Below, piece after piece: positions 11,461 to 24,270 of a DNA stretch of 63,787 bases (within the stretch, counting starts at the first letter, position 1; each line of letters starts with the position of its first letter). The notes beneath the pieces are model-generated. The model saw only the letters and a program-made list of their open reading frames with translations. It did no database searches and was not told the DNA's origin. The stretch is from Negaprion brevirostris (Eukaryota): positions 53,193,410 to 53,257,196 of the forward strand of contig JARDVH010000025.1 of assembly GCA_030324005.1 (NCBI GenBank), in the 5' to 3' direction. The position numbers were made by a program, and so were the translations under genes.

Positions 11461-12084
11461 TTTATGTAATCTTCTTACCACCAGAATTGAATCCCTTCCA
11501 CCACATGACTTCTACTTTCCCCAGCCAGATCAGTCTAGCCTACAACCTGACCATCCCACCTGATCTGTCATGACTACCCTTCACCCACTCACACACCTCA
11601 TCCAATTAATACCTCACATCCTGACACCGTACTCACCTCCAATCTCACCCACCCACCACCCGATCCAACCGCCCAACCTACCCAAGTCACCCACTTGACA
11701 CTGCATCCTCTGACACCGCACTCACCTACCATCTTCCTCACATACAATCTTACTACCCTACCACTCAAAGTGAAGATATTCTTTTTTAATGATGTTATTC
11801 AAGGGAAAAATATTGGCCACCTGCCACTCCACCAATCCACTCAGCATCTCACCCATCTGCCACTCCACCCATCCACCACCTCACCCATCTTCCACTCCAC
11901 CTCCCCACCTGCCCACCTGCCACTCCATCCCCTTTCCCTTCCACCCACCCATGACTCCTCCCAACCACCATCTCACTCAGCCGNNNNNNNNNNCACTCAC
12001 CCTCATTCCCGCTGACTCACTCAGGCTCACTCACTCAGACTTGTTCACTCATACACCCTCACACACACTCCCTCATACACTCAA

Positions 12085-12181
12085 ACTCACACACTCAACC
12101 TCACACACTCAACCTCACACACTCAACCTCACACACTCAACTTCACACACTCAACCTCACACACTCAACCTCACACACTCT
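12085..12181 (+). repeat. 14-bp tandem repeat (CACACACTCAACCT)n, about 6-7 units
   Basis: Directly visible. Confidence 0.9.
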
Positions 12182-13044
12182 CACTCATCCCCTCTCACTC
12201 ATCCACTCCACCTCCCCACCTGCCCACCTGCCACTCCATCCACTTTCCATTCCACCCACCCATGACTCCTCCCAACCACCATCTCACTCAGCCGCCGATA
12301 TTCAACCCACCCACCCACCACTCCACCCATCCTCCCTACTTACTCTCCCCACTTACCTACCCTTGAACCTTACCTATTCACTCATTCCTCCGCTCATACG
12401 TTTGTGAACATTCACACTGGACATTTAAACTTATCACCTGGCAGCTAGTTAAAAAGGGACATGATGTTATATGTAATGGGGTGGTCTCTAAATAATGCTG
12501 CCCTCTGCGGCCTGGAGAAGGTGGGCTTGAAGACGTGACTGGAAACTCAGAGCAATGTTGGGGAATGGAAAAGTTTGAGCAACCTGATCGATGATGATTG
12601 CTGCACCATGGAAGATCTCAGCCCTGGTTTTAGATTAACTCTGCAAAACTTTAACCAATAGTTGGAAGCTCATGATTAATTTTCTTCTGCAACGGGCATC
12701 TTGAAGTGTGATATATACTACAGACCAGACTCAAAACACATACTGCGAGTGGTACTTCTATCATATTACTTGCCAGGAGTCCAGGATGTGAGATGACAAG
12801 TGAAGCATTTGTGTCTGGAATGAGAAAGAGTGAGGCAGTCATTAAATTGGGAATTCAGTTAGTTAAGACCTGCACCTGGGTGAAAGTAGGCATTGAAGGA
12901 GCAAGGTTTCTGTTATCTGGCAACAAAGAACATCAGTATTCCCCTGACCAAAGTAAGCAGAGGCGTTCAAGATGCTGAGGTTGGGATTCAAGGCATTCTG
13001 AATGCTGAGATATTAGGCTCATGGTCCTGAAGCTCACCTTTCTT

Positions 13045-14328
13045 CATCTAGAAAGGAATAATTTGATTAGGGATAGTCAACACAGTTTTGTAAAGGGTAG
13101 GTCGTGCCTCACAAACCTCACTGAGTTCTTTGAGAAGGTGACAAAATTGATGGATGAGGGTAAAGAGTTGATATGGTGTATATGGATTTCAGTAAAGTGC
13201 TTGATAAGGTCCCCCATGGTAAGCTATTGCAGAAAATACAGAGGCATAGGATTGAGGGTGATTTAGCAGTTTGGATCAGAAATTGGCTAGCTGTAAGAAG
13301 ACAGAGGGTGGTAATTGATGAGAAGTGTTCATCCTGGAGTTCAGTTACTAGTGGTGTACCGCAAGGATTTGTTTTGGCACCACTGTTGTTTGTCATTTTT
13401 ATAAATGACTTGGATGAGGGCGTAAANNNNNNNNNNNNNNNNNNNNNNNNNNNNNNNNNNNNNNNNNNNNNNNNNNNNNNNNNNNNNNNNNNNNNNNNNN
13501 NNNNNNNNNNNNNNNNNNNNNNNNNNNNNNNNNNNNNNNNNNNNNNNNNNNNNNNNNNNNNNNNNNNNNNNNNNNNNNNNNNNNNNNNNNNNNNNNNNNN
13601 NNNNNNNNNNNNNNNNNNNNNNNNNNNNNNNNNNNNNNNNNNNNNNNNNNNNNNNNNNNNNNNNNNNNNNNNNNNNNNNNNNNNNNNNNNNNNNNNNNNN
13701 NNNNNNNNNNNNNNNNNNNNNNNNNNNNNNNNNNNNNNNNNNNNNNNNNNNNNNNNNNNNNNNNNNNNNNNNNNNNNNNNNNNNNNNNNNNNNNNNNNNN
13801 NNNNNNNNNNNNNNNNNNNNNNNNNNNNNNNNNNNNNNNNNNNNNNNNNNNNNNNNNNNNNNNNNNNNNNNNNNNNNNNNNNNNNNNNNNNNNNNNNNNN
13901 NNNNNNNNNNNNNNNNNNNNNNNNNNNNNNNNNNNNNNNNNNNNNNNNNNNNNNNNNNNNNNNNNNNNNNNNNNNNNNNNNNNNNNNNNNNNNNNNNNNN
14001 NNNNNNNNNNNNNNNNNNNNNNNNNNNNNNNNNNNNNNNNNNNNNNNNNNNNNNNNNNNNNNNNNNNNNNNNNNNNNNNNNNNNNNNNNNNNNNNNNNNN
14101 NNNNNNNNNNNNNNNNNNNNNNNNNNNNNNNNNNNNNNNNNNNNNNNNNNNNNNNNNNNNNNNNNNNNNNNNNNNNNNNNNNNCCAACATTAAGGGCATT
14201 TAAATGGTCATTGGATAAACATATGGATGTTGGAATAGTGTAGGTCAGATGGGCTTTAGTTTGGTTTCACAGGTCGGTGCAACATCGAGGACCGAAAGGC
14301 CTGTGCTGCACTGTAATGTTCTATGTTG
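13045..14328 (+). mobile_element. CR1 LINE RT region spanning an N gap
   Basis: HLERNNLIRDSQHSFVKGRSCLTNLTEFFEKVT; [18 protein letters not shown]; [24 protein letters not shown]; tail ggcctgtgctgcactgtaatgttctatgtt. Confidence 0.95.
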
Positions 14329-14859
14329 TAAAATCTTTTTAAGTACTCAAATTCCAATAATGGAGTGTCAGTTGTAAATAATATTGTTTCTTATTTTTAT
14401 TATACCTTATCAATTGGACTTTGTATGCAATAAATAACATTGTTTTATCTGTATAAAAAATATGATCTCATATAAAATTCAAAACTTCATGTTTTACCTT
14501 ATTCTGTTGCTTTTATTATAAACATAAACGTAAGAACTATCTCCACAGTATCTTTCTGTTTCTCACGATGGTTTCTCAATGCTTTTGTGTTATCAGTCTT
14601 TTCCGATTATTGGGAAAGGCTTCCAGGCAGTAAGTAGGAGCACACGCTGTCAATGGCCTGTCTTCTGTCAATCATAAAAATACCTTTGGGCATCATGCGT
14701 CTTCCCCAGGCTTCAGAATATGACATTGTTCATTAGAATCAGAAAGGAGTCCACTCACATTGCATCCAGACTTATTATCCATAGTGTTTGCACTGACATA
14801 TTGTGGGCATTGTAGTTTCTTAAACACTGGCACCAAATATTGATTACTTTTCAAGTGAT

Positions 14860-15905
14860 TTGTAAAGGCAGCAGAAATGGTGTGAGAAAAGGCTTTTTTC
14901 ATGTAGTGACTGGTTGGGATATGGTGCACACTGCCTGAGAGTGTGGTGAAGGCAGATTCAATCGAGGCTTTCAAAAGAGAAATTAGACTGTTATACAAAC
15001 AGGAAATGCTGCAAAATCTCAGCAGGTCTGGCAGCACCTGTGGAGAGAGAAGCTGTTGAAAAAGGCCCCCTAGCAGAACTCCGACCTTCTGCTGGTTGCC
15101 ATTTCAATTCACTATTTTGATCTCACGTTCACATTTCTGTCCTCAGCCTGTTACAAAGTTCCCAATGATGAAGCCCAGCACAAACTGGAGGAACAGCACC
15201 TCATCTTCCAGTTAGGCACTTCACAGCCATATGGTTTCAACATTGAGTTCAATAACTACAGGCGATGGACTCTGTCCTCCATTTTGATTTCCTGCTTCCT
15301 ATTTTGCTACATTTGCCCCTTCCCCTTTTTCAATGGGGTAAAACCCATCACAATTCTACCTCTCTCCTGTTCCAAAGCCAAGTCATTTTGGACTTGAAAC
15401 ATTTGCCGAAAGTATCCATCCTCGTCGATGACTGGGACTCTCTGGTGCCACTGAAAGTGAACCAAATTCTCTGTTCTCACTTGCAGACGGGCAGCCATGG
15501 GGTCAGAGAAACCCACCCGATTTTCCACACAACCCGCCGGATTTCTGGTTGAATGCACCCCTAGCCATGGAAATCCTGCCAAGGCAGTGTGCCATTTGCA
15601 GGACCAGAAGAGCTGGTCAGCATGAACGGCCAGAAAGTTCCAACCTCTGTTTCTTTCTCTCTATGGATGCTGTCAGACCTGCTGAGTTTTTCCAGCACTT
15701 TCTGTTTTTATTTCAGGTTTCCATCATCCGCAGGATTTTGCTTTTATTTGATGGAATTTGATTATTATTTGAAGTGGGAAAATGTGCGCGGTATGGGGAA
15801 AAGTCAAGAGAATGACACTGAATTAATTGCTTATTCGGAGAGCTAGCGCAGACACGATGCACTGAGTGGCCTCCTTCTGCACTGTGATAATTCAGTGATT
15901 CTGTG
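14860..15905 (+). mobile_element. CR1 3' end split by a Penelope insertion (pieces 14860-14994 and about 15752-15905)
   Basis: cactgcctgagagtgtggtgaaggcagattc (LPESVVKAD) before the insertion; ggcctccttctgcactgtgataattcagtgattctgtga tail after it. Confidence 0.7.
14995..15750 (+). mobile_element. Penelope-like element relic (GIY-YIG endonuclease C-terminus, inverted terminal repeats)
   Basis: 15091-15260 translates, with a stop and frameshift, to CHFNS..SHVHISVLSLLQ..EAQHKLEEQHLIFQLGTSQPYGFNIEFNN; ctcagcaggtctggcagca near 15018 and tgctgtcagacctgctgag near 15668 are inverted. Confidence 0.8.
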
Positions 15906-16282
15906 ATACAGTGGCAGCAACCCATTAACTAAATCACCAGTAAAAAACAGCAGTCAGAGGGAAACAACATTCAAATACTAAAATAACAACTGTGTTGGGA
16001 TATTTAGTGGGATTATTTCGAATGATGTAATTCTTCAATATGCTTTTTTTGCATTACAGATGTCAGTTTTAGTACAAGATTGCAGCTGGAAGTAGTTGTG
16101 ATATGCAGTTTGACTGACTTAATTATTTTCCATTTAACTTGCTAGTAGATTTATCTGCAGAAAGTTGCAGATTGGGAATTGACATAGTTCTTGAACTGGT
16201 AGTTATTGTACCCGCAGGCAAATGTCTGCACAATCAATTGTGATATCAGCCAATAAGCCGCTGGTCAAATATATTTTGCATT

Positions 16283-16606
16283 TCTTAGAATTGTAGAATC
16301 ATAGCATCCTACAGTACAGAAGGAGACCATTCGACCCATCGAGCCTGCATGAAACACAATCCCACCAAAGCCTTAACCCCATAATCCCATGCATTTACCC
16401 TAGCTAGTCCCCCCTGTCGCTCAGGGGCAATTTGGCATAGCCAATCCACTTTTGGACTGTGGGAAGAAACCAGAGCACCCGGAGGAAACCCACATAGTCA
16501 TGGAATGTGCAACCTCCATACAGATCCTGACCCAAGCTGGGATTTAAACCCAGGTCCCTGGCACTGTGAGGCAGCAATACTAACCACTGAGTCACCATGC
16601 TGCCCA
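16283..16606 (-). mobile_element. HE1-like V-SINE, full length
   Basis: Reverse-strand tRNA head (ctgtgaggcagcaatactaaccact), V-domain and tagaatcata tail. Confidence 0.9.
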
Positions 16607-17089
16607 NNNNNNNNNNNNNCGAGAGTGATTGACCAAGATTTTTAAATATGGGGTGCTCAACCTCTTAAACAATTAAAATCGATGTCACAATGTATATGTA
16701 AAAAAACAAAATTAGAGTTTCACTTTTCTCAGTCATCACCTTTCATACCCCTTTTTCAGACTGAAAAGTGATCAATCAGTTCTGTTGCTGCTAACATGGA
16801 GACCCTTGACTTGTTTGATCAGCTGTGTGTCTGTCAACTGTGCTAATGACACTCATTATTTGACACCTGTTACAGGGCGGACTATTTTCTTTGAATATTA
16901 GGACAGGCCAGCACTGAACTACAAATTGAGAACTCAACCAGTCTGAATTCGTCAATTCTGGTTTACTTGAGCCAATTGAGGCTGTTTTCTTTTAACAATT
17001 TAAATAAATGGCAGCGTGACTGTGCAGCTGCTCAAAACGCCCATTTCATTTATATAGTGCAGTAATTCCTTCTATCTTAAATAACTACA

Positions 17090-17320
17090 GAGTTCTGGCC
17101 TCCTATAGCTCTATCTATTCTCTCAGATAGATGTAAAAAGACTCCAGTGCGCTACTGATTGCTTCTCCAAGCATTCTGACCAATAGTGATCATTGAACCA
17201 ACATTACTAAAACAGGTTATCTGATCATTATCTCATTGTTGTTTGTGGGAATGTTCTACATGCAAATTTACTGTCTTGTTTTCTACAATAGTGGCTACAT
17301 TTAAAATGTACTTCATTGTC
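17090..17320 (+). mobile_element. Deu-domain SINE fragment
   Basis: ctaaaacaggttatctgatcattatctcattgttgtttgtgggaa...aatgtacttcattg. Confidence 0.7.
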
Positions 17321-18064
17321 CTTCTTTCTTACAAATACACTTAGGATTTTATTTTCCCTTTCGAGGCGAGAATCGCGAATTGGGAGATTTTCCAACATTA
17401 CAATCCCACCTCTAGCCAAGCAGACCACCCACGCTATTTATATGGTTGAGGGGGGTGGGGGGGATGATTGACCATCATCAATGCCTCCTGAAGCAGACCC
17501 GAGGCAGAAACAGAGGCAAAAGGATGCCAAGGCAGGTGGTTTAGAAAGCCCACCTTTCTTCACTGGAACATCAACCCTTTCTGTATTCACACCAATCACC
17601 ACTCTTCACCCTCTAGCGCCCACTCACCCCCATATCCCCTCCATACTCCCATTCCCTCACATCTCCCCCATGCCTCTTCGAAACCCCATTACACCCCATA
17701 TCCCCTCATGCTTACTCATTCTACAGCCACATTAACCAGACCTAATAAGCTCCAAAATAATATTGGGAAGATCTTCAAAATGCTCATGAAACTGCCAAAA
17801 TAAACAGTCAATCAAAACCTATCCTAAAATCAAAGCATAGCTCACCATAATCTTGACAGCTATATCCACAAACTCTGTTGAGCTGAATCCATCAATGGGT
17901 TTTGAAGCTTCCACAACTATCACAATGAGAATCCATTATACAACAGTGTCAACAAAACCTCCAGAGCTTATTGTATTAAATCTTTTAAGTAATGGAACAA
18001 ATAGCCACCTGTTCTACTGCTACAAAGTCTGATCAGATAGATGGGCTGTCTATAAAGAAGTTAT

Positions 18065-18160
18065 GATGTGGAGATGCCGGCGTTGGACTGGGGTAAGAAG
18101 CCTGACAACACCAGGTTTAAGTCCAACCGATTTATTTGATAGTAAACTCACAAGCTTTCG
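18065..18160. mobile_element. Penelope-like terminal repeat fragment
   Basis: tgatgtggagatgccggcgttggactgggg...acaccaggtttaagtccaac, homologous to 5355-5410. Confidence 0.55.
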
Positions 18161-18194
18161 AGGTTTCCCNNNNNNNNNNNNNNNNNNNNNNNNC

Positions 18195-18626
18195 ACTCAC
18201 TCACCCCACCACCCCCCTCTCTAAACACCCACACCCACACACACACACACACACAGCCTTCTCTCTCATGCTCTGAGGGCCACTTTGGTCCCACTCCAAG
18301 GTCCAATCAGACACCTGCTCTGAGACTGCTTTGCACTTTCCCACTCCGGTCCCTCTTCTGAGGCCCACTGCAGTCCCCACTCCAAAGCCCACTCCAGCGC
18401 CTGCTCCAAGGCCTGCTGCATTCCTCGCTCCAATTCCCACTCCAAGGCTTGCTCCTGCCCCTGCTCTGATGCACATTCCGAGGTCTGCTTCATCTATCCA
18501 GCTGCAAGGCCCATCTGCTTCTCTAGAAGCCAGCTTATGATTGGATGCGTAGCTCTGCAGCATTTTTCAAAACGTTTAAATGTGCCCCCTGAGATGCTCC
18601 CACAGATCTCAGTTTGGGAACCCCTG
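18195..18626. mobile_element. hAT-like non-autonomous element with degenerate internal tandem repeats
   Basis: Ends in agtttgggaacccctg (reverse complement CAGGGGTTCCCAAACT, a hAT/Charlie-like TIR); interior has cccactccaagg-like units; left end obscured by a gap. Confidence 0.55.
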
Positions 18627-20821
18627 TGTTTAAATAGTTCAAGGTCTCAACAGATGGCTAGACCATCTATCAATGTAAAGATCAAAGCATAGGATCCAAT
18701 CGGCACCTTAAATGTGAATCTCACTATTGTTGAATGTAGAAGAAAACTTTAACTCCTGGAAAAGAAATATTTGAATACACTTGAGGACTTACATAATGCC
18801 AGTTAATTTAACAGTCACCACCTTTTAAGAACAAAGCTCTATCATCAACCATGCACTGAAAACATACTTAANNNNNNNNNNNNNNNNNNNNNNNNNNNNN
18901 NNNNNNNNNNNNNNNNNNNNNNNNNNNNNNNNNNNNNNNNNNNNNNNNNNNNNNNNNNNNNNNNNNNNNNNNNNNNNNNNNNNNNNNNNNNNNNNNNNNN
19001 NNNNNNNNNNNNNNNNNNNNNNNNNNNNNNNNNNNNNCACCACCGCACACCCCCCCCAAAACAAACTTGCTCCTAATTTCAAACTCAAAGGAAGCAAAAT
19101 GGCACTCCCTCTTGGCATCCATTTGCATGGCATACGAGATTGCAATATTGATTTTCACATACTGACCAAAATGGTGGCCAGCAGGAATGCAGATGCAATT
19201 TCAGATTTGTGCTTCTCTCACAATGTTTTTAGAAAATGTACTTTTTCTAAAAACATTGTAATCAGTATCCACCAAACACTTTCCCTCTCCTGCTCCCAGT
19301 ATCCTGTGCTCTGATCATAACTAAAGATGTGTTTTTTTTTGTTTGCAGATAAACATATGCACCAAACCCAGGAGACTAAACCTTCAAATAGGTGCATGTA
19401 AGATGTGCGCCTGCTTAATACTACTCTTCTTATTGAATTATTTAAATACTTATTTGACACAGTTTCACTTAATCTCTCTAATCCATAAAATCTATAATGC
19501 AGTTTTCTGATACTTGCCAACAAACATCAACCATTCTCTTACACAGAAGCTAGGATTCCTTGGACGATGGCATCCTGTTACTAACATGAACAGCCATCTG
19601 CTGAAAAGACATATGACTATCCCAACTGGAAAGGTTTCCATTCAATAATGAACAGGTGGTATCTCATATCAGGAATGTCATTGCTGATGCGTGTGCCAAT
19701 TGCCTAAGCAGTTCCCATGACTTTTATCCTTGGCAGTTTGGAATTGAACAGAAGGATTATGGATTTTATGGTTTTGGGCACACTGTACCACAAATATAGT
19801 AATGCAGCACACATTTGGCATATTAAGAATCATGTTCAGATGTTTACATTTAACAGGAATTAGATCAGAGTACAGCCAAAAATGTCAGAGCCAGTAACTT
19901 TTTCAGTCTGTCGCGGAAGCAGAACAGAGGTGGCCCACTCTTCCTCGGGGGGTTGGTTGAAGGAAGATGTGACCTCTTACCAGTGTTGGGCAGTTTTCTC
20001 TAGGTGCTAGCCAATCTCCCTACAATCTATTTTTTTCTCAGAGTTTTCAATTTACATTATGTCAAATTTGTGAGGAGGCATTAAATCTGGAACATTATTT
20101 ACTGTGCTAAATAGTATTTCTTTTTCAACTTCAGCATTCATTAAAAGAAAAACACTTTTGAATCATTAAAATGCAGCTTCTGCGCACCGCAGGGAGTCTG
20201 CACAAAACCCTTTCAGCTCTTGGATCTGGACTCTCAAGTTTAGGCCACATTGATCAAAAACCATCAGAAATGTTTTGTGGTCTCAATCTGATGACTATTG
20301 GATACAAGATTATAGAAATAAACCACACATACTTTGGCACTGAGTTTTTCACTAAGTGGTCTTGCTTATGGGAGGCATGACAGTAGCTGGTGTGGGAAAT
20401 AGGAATATATATTGGGGCAGTAAACTTCAGAGATTGAAATTATTATATATCAGGGAAGGTTTCTTGGGTGCGCTATACAGAGAGAGAAATATTTTTTATG
20501 ATTTCACTAAATGCATGTGACTTTATGATACGTCTCACAGTGTAGTTGAGGAAGAGTAGAGACAGCATTAATTTTACAAATAACCTACTGATTCTCCTTT
20601 ATAGCTCAACACACACCAATATAATACATTAGAGTGCCTTTTCAATCTTATTTGCGTTACACAAAATTGACAGATCTACATGTACATTAACACAGGTAGT
20701 AAAATAGATACCATCCAAAAGATGCACAAGTAAAATGTATCGGCATACAGTGATAGACATTAGTCTGAGTGACTAGTACTTGCCTGAACTAAGAAGCTCA
20801 AAGATTGGTCCAAATTGGTTC

Positions 20822-21213
20822 ACGGAGGCTGAGGGGAAACCTGATAACAATCTACAAAATTATGAGAGGCATAGACAGGGTGGATGGTCAGAGGCTTTTT
20901 CTCAGGGTGAAAGGGTCAATTACAGGGGGCACAGGTTCAAGGTGAGAGGGGGAAAGTTTAAGGGAGATGTGCAGGGCAGGTTTTTCACACAGAGAGTGGT
21001 GGGTGCTTAGAACGCGCTATCAAAGGAAGTGGTGGAAACAGGCACATCAACAACGTTTAAGAGGCATCTGGATGGGTGCATGAATAGGGAGGGAAAGGAG
21101 GGATACAGACGAAGCAAGGGCAGAAGGTTTTGTTTGGTTTAGTTAGGGCATCATGATCGGCACAGGCTTGGGGGACCGAAGGGCCTGTTCCTGTGCTGTA
21201 CTTAGTTCTTTGA
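20822..21213 (+). mobile_element. CR1 LINE 3' end
   Basis: RGHRFKVRGGKFKGDVQGRFFTQRVVGA; tail gaagggcctgttcctgtgctgtac. Confidence 0.92.
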
Positions 21214-21403
21214 TCTTCCCAAAGTTGAGTGTATTGCTTGTCTATAAATTGATAGGCTTTACACATGTATCTGAAACAGGGCACAAATTGCACAAATTTC
21301 TGCCAGATAAATTCACTTGATGCATCATGAGGAAAATAAAATTAAGTCCGTGGTTTAAGACATAAGGAGAATCTAGTTTGTAATGGTCCTGTTTGGAATA
21401 TAT

Positions 21404-21541
21404 TGGCTGGAATTCTCAGGCTGTTCACAACCCCGACCCACTGCCAGTGAGAAAGGAGAATTTGGCACTCAGCCAAATCTCCATTCACTGCAGCAGGACC
21501 GGAGAATCCCAGCCACAGCCGAGGTTGGAGAATTCCGGCCC
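21404..21541. mobile_element. Short MITE with 14-bp TIRs
   Basis: tggctggaattctc ... gagaattccggccc with T/A flanks. Confidence 0.8.
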
Positions 21542-21912
21542 ATATTCTATATCTTGGCTGGCAATGAGTGACCATTTTCTTCGTTTAAGGAAGACTCACA
21601 AACTGCTTTGCTAATATTCCATTTTATCAGTGCTTTAATATGAGGATTCTCTGAGCTAATTCAACCCATAAAAATAATCTTAATTCAGATGATGAAGATG
21701 CTGTGCTATCACCCACCCAGGATTTACACAGCTCTTCAGAGGTGACAATGTGGATCTGAATGCCACACAGCTCTTGCACTGTTAACTTGTGATGTAACAA
21801 CTAATGAAGCCTGCAACAGAAAACCCAACAGCTAATGATTTAACTGAATTAGTGAAGATAAATGCTGCCAGTCACAGCTTCAAGACACCTCAACAGCCCC
21901 CACCCCCTCCCC

Positions 21913-21935
21913 ACACACACACACACACACACACA
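21913..21935 (+). repeat. (CA)n microsatellite
   Basis: Directly visible. Confidence 0.95.
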
Positions 21936-23699
21936 CCACCCATCCTCCTCACCCCAACCCCCAACACCACAACAAAATGTACTCGCGATGGAAGTATTTG
22001 TTGTCAGGTTTCCAGTGAAACAAAATGACACATTTCATCAAATGCAGGTCCGATCAAGCAAAAGAGATTGGATTGTCAGTTCCTAGTGTGGAATACCCCA
22101 CCTAGTGGTTTGATAAAGAAATGGTGAAAAACATCAAGCGTGTGATTGATATATTGGAGCTAACCATTGTTGGAACTGCAGCACACATCTATAGCATTAT
22201 AAGTGATCACTTTCCCTCCTTTGACGACAATGTGAGTCAGACACTCTGGTGTAGGTCCCTAATCTTACTGCATCACACAGAACAGTAAACTCATTAACTA
22301 CTGGACAAATTTACAATGCAAATTTAAATGTGTAATACTATGTAATGCTGTTACTATATCAGTATCATTAAAATGATTGCATATTCATACAGAGCAGAAA
22401 GTTATCTTGGATTCAATCCTGGTGCATGTTGTTGAATCGTTATCTAATGAAACTGGTCTATGGTCATTACTCATTATGGCAGCTCAGTAATGTCGAGTTA
22501 GAGGAAATTGTTTATACTATTACGAGTTCACCAATCAGCCTCTTTTGTTAACATAAAAAACATTGTAATGGTAAAATTCACCCTCCCACCATTTTGCTGC
22601 AGGTTCTAGTCAAAATGTGAGATAAAAATAATAAAATAAATGACTAAATATGTTAAAATTAATTTACCTTGGGCCGTATTTTTCTTGGAAACTTCAGAAG
22701 CAATATAAATTAACCTCCATTATTTTCTACTGATAATGTTTTTAGGAGAAGCAAATTGCCTCGAATAAGTTGATTTTTTTTGAATAGACTGTTTTATTTA
22801 TATGCTAATAAAAATTGCAGAGGAAGCNNNNNNNNNNNNNNNNNNNNNNNNNNNNNNNNNNNNNNNNNNNNNNNNNNNNNNNNNNNNNNNNNNNNNNNNN
22901 NNNNNNNNNNNNNNNNNNNNNNNNNNNCATTTATTTTGCTTCATGAAAGCTACTTGTCATGGGAAACCTGAGTAACCCTTTGAGTGCTGAATTTCTGCTG
23001 TAGCGTGCAGCATAGAAACTGAGAGTGGGTGCTTTGAAAATAAAAACCACACTCAAATGCATTGACACATTGAAACAGTACAGAGCACACATATTTGGGA
23101 TCATTTATTAATCAGAATCAGGCTCATCAAATTGCATCTGCATTCTACATGAATAAGAACTTTAAATGCACACTTACTTTCCAAAAATCTAGTATGCGTA
23201 ATGAAAACCATTAGAGGGAATTGGAATAACTATATTGAATTTATTTTATTATTAGAAGCATGTTCTGAATTGTTTAGAATATAAAGCAATTCTTTATCAC
23301 TCACTGTTTATCTATCCTCAACCTGTGTTTCAATAATGAAATTGCATGATTAGCTGATCTGTCGAATTGTAAGAGTTAAAAGCAAGGACTGAAGATGTGC
23401 TTTAAAATCAAACTTTGTGAATTTAAAGGGTCGCATTATTAATTTGATAGTCTAGTACCAGAACTTACAGTACGGCACCTCCCCACCGCCAGCCCCTCAG
23501 GCTCAGATGAAACATTGTAATCTGTACATGAATAAATGATGCTGACAAATTTAGACACCTAATAGGTCATTCTGTTCAGGGTGAAAGCTGAACGCTGACT
23601 GAATTATCCTAACTCCACCTCTTCTTCTCTTTAATCCAGTGGGGTTGCTTTAATTATATTATCACTGACAATGTAAGGCTTTCTTTTACTGGTGATGCG

Positions 23700-24259
23700 G
23701 AAGAAAATAACAAACTCAGCTTTACGCAGAAGCAGCTAGGAGTCTGTCCCAGAAGAGCTGTCCAACCCTAGCAGCAGGCTGTGTATGCTATCTGCCATAA
23801 GTCCTACTTCTAATGGCTCCAGACAATACGTACCTCCAAAGACCTCCTATTCCCCACTCAGCGTGAGTGGTTGGAGATGCGGAACTGTAATGAGCCAGTA
23901 GTTGCACAGCATCAGGACGAGAGAGAGAGAGAGAGAGAGGCAGCAGCTGATTGCAGCTGGAGCATCTATTTGTCTGGGACAGTACTAACGCATGTTCGTG
24001 TAGCTGCAGTGAAGACTAAGGTTGGTTTGTTAACAGAATACTAAAATAAGGCAGTAGCAGCAGCAGCAGAGGCAGTACACTTCAGAATGAGAATGGACAT
24101 CACTGAGAGGCAGGAAGCTGCTCGTGATGTGCTTATGTTTGTGTGTGAAGCACCTGGTGTCAGCCTCTGTGGAATTTGGGAAAATTCAGCCTGAACTCAA
24201 GTTCCCTGGTATTCTGTTCTGAACCAGTACAAGACAACATCAGCCATCTCCTGTGGAGG
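23700..24259 (+). promoter_or_regulatory. Candidate promoter and 5' UTR of an unidentified host gene
   Basis: TE-free; (GA)n at 23919-23939 and GCA-rich tracts typical of vertebrate 5' UTRs; leads into an ATG and a strong splice donor. Confidence 0.35.
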
Positions 24260-24270
24260 ATGCCTAATAG
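24260..24270 (+). CDS. Candidate coding end of a first exon (M-P-N-R/S, phase-2 donor)
   Basis: ggaggATGCCTAATAG|GTAAGG: A at -3 and a near-consensus donor; no downstream exon identified. Confidence 0.3.

Larger units (their letters stand above)
9994..12625. mobile_element. Probable non-autonomous DNA transposon with C-rich interior, interrupted by a CR1 copy
   Basis: Left end ggggtagaattttc and right end ggaagatctcagccc resemble the window's MITE termini; C-rich low-complexity sequence on both sides of the CR1. Confidence 0.4.

Noticed and set aside
12085-12181. Possible CRISPR-like array
   Set aside because: Head-to-tail 14-mers without spacers, eukaryotic context, no cas genes.
11695-12265. 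His/Pro/Thr-rich ORFs
   Set aside because: Translation of C/A-rich low-complexity sequence and a minisatellite.
13173-14243. 356-aa ORF and other long X-filled ORFs (e.g. 56092-57108, 57736-58395)
   Set aside because: Their length comes from N gaps; the readable parts are CR1 RT or non-coding.
19900-20030. Possible small exon (plus-strand acceptor tttttcag; minus-strand donor ctg|gtaaga)
   Set aside because: No matching splice partner of good quality and no recognisable peptide.
23854-23870. Hairpin ccactca-gcg-tgagtgg
   Set aside because: A 7-bp stem is expected by chance in 64 kb.
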